The position numbers were made by a program, and so were the translations under genes. The notes below the pieces were generated by a model. That model did no database searches. It saw nothing but the letters and a program-made list of their open reading frames with translations, and had not been told where the DNA came from. From assembly GCA_036172245.1 (NCBI GenBank), contig JAYWIR010000012.1:4092001-4156000 (forward strand): 64,000 nucleotides of DNA, given 5' to 3'. Shown here piece by piece: positions 39,575 through 50,000 of the stretch (position 1 is its first letter; every line of letters starts with the position of its first letter). Origin of the DNA: Raillietiella orientalis. Lineage: Eukaryota.

Positions 39575-39980
39575 AGTTAGGGAAAGGATCACCGGGTGCT
39601 CGAGGGCGTCCTCTGCATCCTCTCCAGGATGCCGGCAAGTTCCTTCAGAGTATGTTCCAGGTGGGGTCATCTAGCTGCCATCTCATGGAGCTCAGGGCGA
39701 AGCAGATGGCGTCCCGATTGCGCCGTCCTCCATTTGCGTAGCTCCAGGCTGCCACGATCCCTCGTAGGCAGCAGCAAGGAGCTGCTGGGGATGCGGCAGG
39801 CGAAAAGGCATAGCGCACGAACAGGCTCTTCATCACGTGCCTGGGATTGTCCGTCGGTGCACCAAGGGCCGTTGCGTAACGCAACCACAGGGGCGCGGAA
39901 GACAACACAGTCTACGAGCAAGTGTGGTAGCTAGGATCCCCGTTCCCCGCACCTCCAATAGTTGGGATCCACAGCCCCCC
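39575..39980 (-). mobile_element. L1/Tx1-like ORF2 C-terminal fragment
   Basis: RCGE...HLLVDCVVFRAP and ARWPHLEHTLKELAGI, homologous to 21270-22085. Confidence 0.75.
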
Positions 39981-40048
39981 ACGATGGGAATCCTTGGGTT
40001 CTTTTTTCTTCTGTATGCTGTTTTTCTTTCAGCTTTTCTTTTTTAAGA

Positions 40049-41110
40049 GTTTTCTTTTTTTTTGGTTCGCTAAGTACCTCAGAGCTGGTCGCGTGCCTCG
40101 CGGCGCACGTGACTCTTTTTAAACATTAAACACACTGTTTTGTTTCCACGCCTCTCCGCCCGCGGAAACCCGCAGGGGGGCGTGTAATTCTTCAGTGTAA
40201 TTCTTCAGGATAAGGGGCATCCCGGGATGGGGGTCCGCCCTATGAATCCAGGAAGGGCTCGGAGTCCGTTCCTCTCACGCTTGGGGAGGGATCCCTCCGG
40301 ACGGGGGGGATCGCACCTCCAACCCTGGTTGTCTCCGAAGGGGGGACCCCGAAGGGAATCTCCTTCCTCATTCTCTCCAAAGGACACCCCCCTAATGGGG
40401 GGTGGTCCTCTCCATTTCAACTTCTCCGAAGGGAACTCGGAAAGGATCCGCTAGTAGGAATTTCTTCTCCGGAGGGAACCCGCAAGGGAACCGCTCCTGT
40501 TCACTCCTCTGAAGAGAACCCCGAAGGGACGCTTCCGAAACTCAAAAGGGGCGCTGCAGCTTCCCGCAGGGAATCGCTCTCGCTTGCTTCCTTGTGCACT
40601 CTGTGAAGAGGCGACGACTCGGAGGGTCCCCCCCGCAACGGGGAGGGTCCGCTCCTTTGAACAACTGGAGAGGTGCTTGTGAGGGCTCTTGCTCCATCTT
40701 GAAACCGGAGGGGTCCCCCGGTGGGGGGGTCCACTCTCCGTTGCACGACAGGAGGGGGAACTCCCCACTCCTTGATTCCTGGGAGGACCCGAAAGTCGAC
40801 TCCCATTGTTCCGGCCTTCATTGGGGGCCTCCGGCTTTATCCACCGCCAAAGCCACGCCCGAATGATTAGGCCAACCAGCGCCATTGCAGGAGAAACTCG
40901 GCACCCGACGCCGCAGTGGCGTCAGAGTTTCTGCCGGAGTATTCGAACCCGCGATGCATGGTGCCACACGCGGAAGCCTTAATCACAAGGCCTCCGACGC
41001 GGACTGTGGATCCCAACTGTGGGAGCGGGGGGCGTTGCACGGGATACACCAGTGCAACTGCAGGAGTGTCGACTCCACCACTTCTGGGGGAGGATCCGTT
41101 GTTCTTTAGT
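40049..41110 (-). mobile_element. LINE 3' end with a long structured UTR, copy 2
   Basis: Direct repeat of 37951-38892. It extends 5' into LPQKW/ESTLLQLHWCIPCNA, homologous to LPLKWQESALLLQHWGLPCNA. Confidence 0.8.
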
Positions 41111-41689
41111 TCTGGGGGGCTACTCGAGGTCTTCCTGAGGGATTCCCACCTGTCGGGGAGCGGAAGGGCTGCGCGCTTCTTTCCTCCCCGCCTTGGTCTC
41201 TTGCGTTCGTGGGGCACGCGAGGCAAGGTCCCATCTATCCACCGGGCACTCTGCCCCCCTGAGAGACGTAGCCGAGATTTTTTGTTTCGGGGACAGCGAC
41301 CAGAGCGCCAACAAGAGAGTCGTTTTTCGGTACCAGGGGGGAAGGACGGGAGCGCCGGCCGAGAGGTTTACTCGTGGACAGTTCTCGGCGAGGTCGCCCG
41401 GAGTGACTCCGTTCCCCGGAAGAGGAGCTCCCTGTGTAGAGGCTAGCTCCCCTCTCCTGCCTCCTCCGCGACGGCAGGTCGCCTCTCACTCTGCGGGGGG
41501 TTCATGCGTCCCCCGCCCCCCTCTTGCCGTAAGGGGGCACGCGGCATCCCGAACAGTCTCGCTGTCAGTCCTGGAAAAGGGCGGCCGGCATCCGTTTGGG
41601 ACGCCTTCGACGCCCTGCATGTGCAGCGGTGACCTCCAGAGTGGACGAAGAGGGCGGCCGACACCGCGCAGGGTAGGAGCCGTTTGCGG

Positions 41690-41875
41690 CCACCACCTCC
41701 TGCCTGAGAAAGGCGACAAAATGGTCTAGTTGTGGATGAGAGGCGTAGAGCACCTACGGAGGATTGCAGACAGGTCGGTCACACACCGGTAAACGCTCCT
41801 CTCCCCCTCCCGATCCCTTTGCTGCCCGATGTACGCCCTCGGGACTAATGTTCAGGAACGTGAGGTCTGTCCACC
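41690..41875 (-). mobile_element. decayed LINE ORF2 start (APE endonuclease N-terminus)
   Basis: LTFLNISPEGVHRAAK followed by HPQLDHFVAFLRQE in a shifted frame, preceded by hairpins at 41981-42133. Confidence 0.4.
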
Positions 41876-43612
41876 CTGTTCCCTATTCGTCCCTTTATTG
41901 ATTGCCCTTCCCTCCTCTCCTCGCTAGCTCTGTCCCCAGCGAGGTCAGCCCACTCGGGTGCTGGTTGGGTTGGACCTCCGGGCCCGAGAGGAAACGAACC
42001 ACACCCGGAGGTGTGGTCCGTTCCCTCTCGGGTCTACACACGCCAGTCCCTTTCTTGTTGTGAAAATAGGCAATGGAAGGAGGGGAGGCTCCACGGAGCT
42101 CCAGTCCTTCTCTCCCTGTGCCCTTAGGGGCACTGTCGTGTCTCACTTCACTTTGATCTTAGCCAAAAGGCCGAGAAGCGATGTGTGTCTCACTGATGAA
42201 GTCCAATGTGACTACTCCCCGTAGCAAGCGGATGGCCTCACCTGCCAATGCTGCCCGCGCGGTCCCACCACAAGGGCGAGCCTCCGCCTTCCTCGCCGCA
42301 GATGCAGCGCGAGACGGGCTGTGGCGGCCGAGAGGGCCTGAGAAGGCCCATGCTTGATGGGGAAACGCATCCGCTTGAGGTCTTGAGGGTGCCTCCCGTG
42401 TGAGAGAGGGTTCCCGCCGTCCTTCTCCCAATCCGAGCGATGGGGATGCTGGATGCGGGATCATTTCCTGTGGTCCACATCTCGTGTGGCATCGGGTAGA
42501 CCTTTTCTCCGCTCACCGCTGTCCCGCAACGCGATGACGGCGTCCGTTTCACCTGTGCAGTGCGAGTACCACTGCGTGCTCGGAAGAAGCATCCACAACC
42601 CGCACCCAGGCAGAAGCGGGGAGGGGAGCTGTGGGGAACCCTCTCAAGAGTGGACCAACGTGTCCGACATGTCCTCTCGGAGCAGCTATCTCCTTTCGTT
42701 CGTGTCCCTTTCAATGACAACGACAGGTGGTTGTCTTCGTCTTCCAAATATCCTGGCGACGCCTGCAATGGTGCAGGTGAACTCCCGCCTTTCCCATTGG
42801 TTTCTGGAAAGAACGCGTTGAGGAAAGAAGCCGAAACGCCTCTACAGGATGTGCACTGCGTGATGGCGATAGAATAAAATAGAGGAAGCGGACTTCCTCT
42901 GTTTCATCGCCTCGAACCGAAGCAGCTGCTGCTCTCTTGTGGTCTTTCAGGAGCCCCTGAAGAAAAAGAACCAATGCCCCCCCCCCTCCCCACACACATA
43001 CACTCAGATGTTGACCTGCAACCGCTCCCCTCCTTCGTGAGAGCTACCTCTTTATCTTGGAAACTGCGACTGTGCTACGGTGGACTCTCTGGAAGGTTCT
43101 TTACTGAGCAAAGCTGGAGAGCAGAGCCAAGAACGCATGGCAGAGGGACATCGAATGGAGTCACTTCTTTGCGGAACGCGTTGAGGCATTCTATTTTAGT
43201 TTTTTGTGTTCCCTTCCCCCCCTCCCCCCGACTGTGTCCAATGGAAAGGGATTGGAGGATTTTTTCGGGATGGATTCTCCGTCCTTCACTACGACTGCTT
43301 ATCCTTCCAAGATGTGCTTGACGCACCCCGTAGATCGTTTGTATGCGAAGCGCCAAGTGCACAGGTTGGCAGAAGGGTGACAGAAGGGAATGGGGTTTCG
43401 TTTAGGGGTTATGCGTACGTCAGACGGGAACGAAGATGACACGAAGGGAACGTGTTGCTGCTGCAGCGGGCGATTGCATTGTGTGAAGCAGCGTTTCGTC
43501 TGTCACGGCAGGGCAGTCGTGATAACGCTTGGTTATCAGATGGCTGAAGCTCCCATGTCATGAGAGGACTCGATAGAGAACAGTTGGAAAGGCGTATCTA
43601 ATTCTGAGTCAT

Positions 43613-44712
43613 CAAGACCAGAGCGAGGGTGTCCGGTGCCTCTAGGCAAAAGAAAATTTGTCGCCCCATGTGTAAGAAAAAAAAAAGGAAAAACACTTCC
43701 ACAATTTTTATTAATCCTCTATAGTCCGAATTTGTATTTACGGCTATAAAAAAAATTCATGCAGCGTGAAATTAACAGATGTCAACCTCTGACTACAAAT
43801 TAATAATGAAGTCAGTGGTTTGAATGATTTTATTATGACAAATATGCTGTGTAACTTGGAGGTTGCAACGGCGTACAACGCACTTGTAAGAAAAGCTCTA
43901 GCATGGAATTCCATGAAACAGTTTGTGCCTGGCGTTATGCGTAGACGTACTTTGCACTTCGAACATTTTATTTTTGGAACTCCCTTGCCTATCCCAACTT
44001 TCTGCAGCCTCCCCTCTTATTATCCCAAAGGGATTGGCCAATTGGCGCTATTTCATCTTTTCGCACGTTTTCGGCTGAAAGTGTTGCACTTGTTCCCCTT
44101 TTCTTATCCTCTTCTAATAGTTCAGCTTCAGCAGTTTGGTACACCGAATCCTACACGTATTATAGCTCATTGTGACTTGAAAGTCTCAAAACCATATCAC
44201 ATGAAAATAATAACAAAATGATGGTTCCAATATGCAAACAAATAAGAGATTATTGCGATACAAACGAAGAGCCATTGCGTAGGCTTTTCCTTGTTTATCA
44301 AAACACCGATAGAACAAAAAATCATGACAACTGCACAGGATGGTTCGTACAACTTTTATCTGTACTTGACAACTTTCAAAAGCATTTACCTTGATATCTC
44401 GGGATAGAGTTGATATCTATCACCAAGACTGCTATTGGTTACCAAGGAGACATTATACAACAAGATGTGTATGCCACCTTGCGGTAAAAAAATAAATATA
44501 TCAATAGGATATCGATGTATTAGTATGTGACTTCAAAGTCACACCGGCCTATAGAAGGTTCGTTTTCGTACTGTATTTTTAATTTATTGTACGTCTATTG
44601 TAAATTACAACAATTAATCTTATTATCAATTTTTCATCCTGTCATTTGGCGCCGCTAGTGGCCTGGCGCCCCTGGGCATGCCTGTATTCTCCTTGTGGTA
44701 TACGCGGCCCTG
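43613..44712. mobile_element. non-autonomous hAT-type DNA transposon (1.1 kb)
   Basis: Right end CGGCCCTG and decayed left end CAAGACCA (transitions from CAGGGCCG). Subterminal GCGCC(CC) motifs, and an 8-bp target duplication TGAGTCAT (43605-43612) / TGAGTAAT (44713-44720). Confidence 0.75.
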
Positions 44713-46125
44713 TGAGTAATGCATGGCCGCATAATCTGGATCCTTCTCTTCTATAGGCAGAAAAGCAATGTCGGAAACCGTGTACGTGGATGTATTAGAA
44801 CCATGTTCGTCATCCAGGTTCCAGAAACTGCATCTAAAGATGACTCCTAGGGGACGAGGGGTTGTCCCTGTCCTGACCTTTCGCTGTGGGACACACTTTC
44901 AGTAGAAAACTTACTGTGGTCCGAGATGGATCGATCACTTGATCACCAGCCGATCCCTGATTTGGCTTTATGTGATCTCTGTCAGTGAGAGCGCATGAAA
45001 GACACCGTTTACAATGATCTTGTAGTGTTAGCCTTTCGTTCTAGCCCAGAGGAAAACTGCCAATGATCTTTTTTCACTATGAAAGAGAATATGCACGTTG
45101 CTGAAAAGGGTTATTCTTCTGGCATCATCTGAGAAAGTGAAGAGGTTCGGCAGAGAAGAAAGAAAAAAAAACTCACCGTTTCTGAATTAATTGCAAAAAG
45201 GAAAATAAAAATGCCGTTCAATACAAGGATCATTATTGTTTAATTGTGAGGTTATCTCACGGCAACCCCTATCGCCCCTAGGTGGCTCTGCATTTTGGGG
45301 GGTTCTGGATCTCATTTGAACTGGAATGGAGCATTTTCTGTTTTGATTTTGCCTCATGTTCTCAAATCGTTTCGTGTATTTCATTTTCAAGCACTTCTAG
45401 CAAGTGAAGCGGACGCCAAGTTACACGTTCCTTCCCCAGGAAAACAGCGAATCATTAAACACCGAAACGGATGAAAAAGCAACCTGTGCGTGTCCTTGCA
45501 ACTGCATCGTGGTGGCGGTGTCTGATCACAACTGAAAGTGTGCTCGGGTATTACGACACGGAGCGTACGAAACGAGGAAACTCTTGGCAGGTGCACAGAA
45601 GCGAGAAACGGCAAACCATCCTACCAGGAGGAACTTGGAAATGGATGGCTTCTTCGAGGTATTTGGAATCGGCCGAACTACTGACCCAGTCAGCTCCGAT
45701 GTCGATGCAGCAACAGGGGGAGCTCCACTCTTCTGAAAGCGTACAACTTTTGCGACGGAGGATCTTTTTTGGCGACGAGTGCACCTGGCAGCGCTGCGCT
45801 CGCTCCGGACTCCGCGATAGGCCACTCGGCGTTGCGAGCGCCGCCGTGTGCGCTCCGCGTAACGTAGGAATCGATGCCGCGCGTGGAAATGTAGAGAGTG
45901 TGGAGTGGGCAGGGTCGGGTGGAAAGCTGACTCTTGTGAGAAAGTTCTCGGTGACCCGTTGTTTACATGTCCTCCGTGTCGCATGTGCAGACTAGTAAAA
46001 GCCGAAATGTTCTAGCACAGCTCTCGAGATTTTGACGTGCGCTTCTGTGATGATGTGTTCCGGATAAAGTTGCAGCTTGTTGTCGTCTGGGATTTTTCAT
46101 CGAGTCTTCCATTTAAGGGTCGAGA

Positions 46126-47010
46126 ATGTCATCCATATATCCTCCGAGCTTCAGAGGTAAGCTCACACCACAGTGGAGTAACTTTGAAAGCTTTTGTCAA
46201 CTTTTAGAACAGCGACATCTCTATGAAGAAGTGAAATTATACAGGAACGCGCAGGAACGAGAAAAGTGAATAGTTTTTCCTTTTTCCTTTTTTTTTACCC
46301 TACATATGTACACGATAGTGAGAGCCGCTTATTAAATTATAAGCAATTTTGCAGATACGATAACATGGCAGAACTGTTTGCAGCAATAAATACGTTGCAG
46401 TGCCTTGAAAAAGCGTACATTAAGGATTGCGTGCATCCAAAGGAATACACGGCTGCTTGCTCAAAATTGATAGTTCAGATTAAAGCAGCTTTCAAACAAG
46501 TACAAGATTCCCAATTTATTACAATTGAATCATTTTGTAAAAAATACAAGGTAATAATAAGAATGAATGGCGACAAAATAATACAAATACAATGATTTTC
46601 AAGTTGGACTGCCCTGCAGCTTTAGAGAGAATCAAAGAAGGTCGCCCAATAACAATTAAGGATGACAAGGGTAACACCTCCAAGTGTATTGCAGATATAG
46701 TATCGGTAAGATAAATTACACTGCCATGATTGTCAGTCTCAAGCTTTTTATTACCACCATGGATAAACTGAGATTGGAAATTAAAGCAAAAGATGAACTG
46801 CATCCTGATTTACGTGATCTTTTTGATACTATGAATTCACTTAGCATCTTGCCACCTGAGTTTGAAGGAAAAGTGAAGGTATCAAATTGGATGAACATCC
46901 TAGATGGTATGTCAGCAGCTGATGAGTTGTCAACAGAGCAAGTTAGACAACTGTTATTTGATCTCGAATATTCATACAATGAATTTAACAAGTTATTAAG
47001 GCAAAGTTGA
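46126..47010 (+). CDS. VPS28: vacuolar protein sorting 28, ESCRT-I subunit (5 exons, 217 aa)
   Basis: Exons 46126-46156, 46208-46265, 46355-46550, 46604-46705 and 46744-47010 total 654 nt. Motifs [45 protein letters not shown] and [16 protein letters not shown] at 47014. Confidence 0.95.
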
Positions 47011-47036
47011 TGCAATAAAGAAGTATGTATCAAGGA

Positions 47037-50000
47037 TTACACAGAGCCTTGTGAAAGTTTGGCTTTTTCAAGGGAATTCAGATTTGCCAACGTTTTCTTG
47101 ATTCTTAATGCTGTTAGACGTGCACTGGGATTATGATACCAACATTCTTTCATTAGTTTACTCATAGACCACGTCAGGTCATGGTACTGCCATTTAGTTG
47201 GCAAATGTGGCCTTTTCTTTTCAACACATACAACTCTTTTCATTTCTTCTAGAGCTGGGTCAGGAGGCACCATATCATAAAAAGGGGGTTGGTATTCCTC
47301 ACAAGGACCTCCAATGTCACAGCGCCAGACTAATTCCCAGAAAACAAGACCCAAGGCATATACATCAGCTCTTTTGAATGAATCAAAGTGAGCAGTACTT
47401 ATGGTATCTTCCAACACTTCAGGAGCCATGTAACGCTTGGTTCCTACACGATTATTGGGTGCAATATCAACAGTATCTGTGATGGGATCATGTCGCACTG
47501 CCAAACCAAGATCTGCAAGAGCACATGTTCCATTACTTTTAACTAGAATGTTTTTGGATTTGAGATCTCTGTGTGCTATAGCAGGTTTTCCTTGGGCACC
47601 CACAATGTCCATATGCAAGTGAGCTAAACCAGTAGCAATGGAGAGTGCCATGCGACATAATGCAGCAGGTGTCAACACATAGCATTGCAAATAATCAAAC
47701 AATGACCCATTCTCGTGGTGCTCCATCACCAGCCATAACTGTGTCCACGTTCCATTATCTACAAAAAATTAATAAGCAATATCTTTCTCTATACTTACCC
47801 TTATTATCAGCTGCAATGAAACCCAAAATATGTTCATGCCGCAACATAACTGTTTGGTATAACTCCACTTCGCGAAACCACGATCTCTCTTCCCTCGAGG
47901 AAAAAATTTTAACTGCTACATTTTCTCCTCTCCATTTTCCTTTCCACACCTCTCCGAATCGACCTTTACCAATAACTTCTAATAGCTGAATCTGTCGTGC
48001 AATAGTTCGCTGAACCAAAAGGGGCAATCCTTGCAACACATAAAATAAAAACAACAGTGTTGAAAACGTATTTACCTGAACCGGAACCAGTTGTGGTCAT
48101 ATCTAACATTTCATTAATGGTTGAAAGCACTGGTATTAATGGTTTCCTGATGCTGTCACCATATACTTGTAAACCTTCTCTGGCATTTTTCATTTTTGAT
48201 TTTTTTTTCCAGTGCCACAAGAAACATGCCAACAGCATAATAATTAGGATTCCCAAAACTGGGCAAACAATCAAGAAAACGAGTTCTGCATTTCCTATAT
48301 GGGATGCTACAGGTTGCTCATTTTTTTCTAGAAACATCATGGTATCAAACTCATCTCAGTTCGTTTGAAGTAAAGAATAAAGCAAAGTATGATTACAAAT
48401 TAAAAAAAAATCTATCTTTATTGCTGCAAGGTTCAGTATAATAAGCAAGGCAGTGCCAATGTGTTAATGAGTTAGCAAAAGTCAATTAGATTGCAAAAAA
48501 TTAACTCTGGATTAATGGAAGCTCAAATGATGCAACAAACTTTAATTCTGTATTCTTCGGATGCATTGTTATGACACTACATTTCAAGAAGTAAAAAGTG
48601 TGCATTCTACCGAATAATTTGGCTTCTCATTGCTTTCGCATTTGTGCAAGCAAGTGAAATTCATTTTCGTAATGATTTATTTTTCGAATATACTTTGCAT
48701 ATCTTTAACAAGATATACATTGTTAACATGTATGCATTTATGGAATTCACGTCCCAATGCATATTTCCCTGTACTTTCAAATCATTTCGCAAAACAAGTA
48801 TCAGTCAATGAAGTTTTTTTGTAAACATAACTGCAATTGATGCCTCTGTAATGCCCAACATCACAGCATCCTCGGGGGAAATTATGTGAACATCAGTACC
48901 TTAACATTTTAAGGGCTGCTTGTTCATTGAAAAACCAAGGATAATGTACATACTTCTACAGCGTATCAAATTCAGCAGTACAGTATCACACAGATTCACT
49001 ATGCATTTATATGCATTTATAGTAAGAACTGTAAGTTGTTACACGAAAAGAAATATAGGCAAACTGTGGCATGTGACTACGTGTTTCAACTTTTATTCAT
49101 TTAACAAATAAACACTAATTTGAAAATTGCAGATCCTACTGATCTTCTTTCAACATTAACACAACTAAGGGGTAATGGAGGAGAAATTATTTCATTTTAG
49201 AATAAATATAACGGCCAAGTAGATGTAGAACTTCAACTTATAAAGCGATGAACTTTAAGGTTTCGTTTAAAATTGCGAATGCTACATCATACTATAATAC
49301 TCTATACAATCAGAAATCGCTACAAAAACAATCGAATAGAAATACTTTGCTTTTATTTTTGTTTTTTTACAAAAGCTCATTGCAAAATTAAATAAAATTT
49401 CAGATTCAAAATGTAATTAGCACACAGAAATCATATGCTGCAAGGTTTTCTCTGTAACTTAATTGTGCACCTTCACAGTTATCTGTGGGAAAATTATCTT
49501 GCTTTCTTCATATAAAAGTAATTCATCCGGAAACGTAATCCAATAAGTCTTGAATGTGACATAAATCTTGAAAAATAATCCCATATTCTCGTTGGAAAGA
49601 GAAAACTTTGAAGAACAAAATCATGAAGTCATTACAAGGAAAAGAAAAAATTTATGGCTATCTGGAAAAACTTAGCAGCATCTAGGAAACTGGAATAAAT
49701 GCTATTTCATTACAGATAAAGAGGATTTGTTTAATTGCAGTTTTAAGCATAAAGTCTCACCTTGTCCAAAGAAATCCTCAATATCTTTGTTACAAAAAGG
49801 ATAGGCATCACAGCACCACACTGTTATATTACAGGTGATGCTTCAGGGAACGGATTAGTATTAAAATACTGCTCCATAGAGAAATACCTTACAGTGAAAA
49901 GTAAGAAAATAGAAACATAAAAACAGAAACATTAAAATAAACTATAAAATGAATAAACTAAACAGGATTACGAAAACCGAAAATATAAAACTAATAGTGA

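Noticed and set aside
37951..41002. Direct repeats as LTRs of an LTR retrotransposon
   Set aside because: No TG..CA ends, PBS or gag/pol between them. Each copy has an A-rich tail and LINE ORF2 C-terminal homology.
41690..41875. Possible Mutator transposase motif (EGxH...HPxL..F..L..E)
   Set aside because: The two parts are in different frames with no donor, and no TIRs were seen. An APE endonuclease start fits better and matches three other copies.
204..43439. Many long ORFs in the GC-rich blocks (e.g. 21155-22144, 31901-32707, 32345-33097)
   Set aside because: These are expected in GC-rich sequence. Most are antisense or off-frame readings of LINE relics or Beat exons, with low-complexity R/P/G/S composition.
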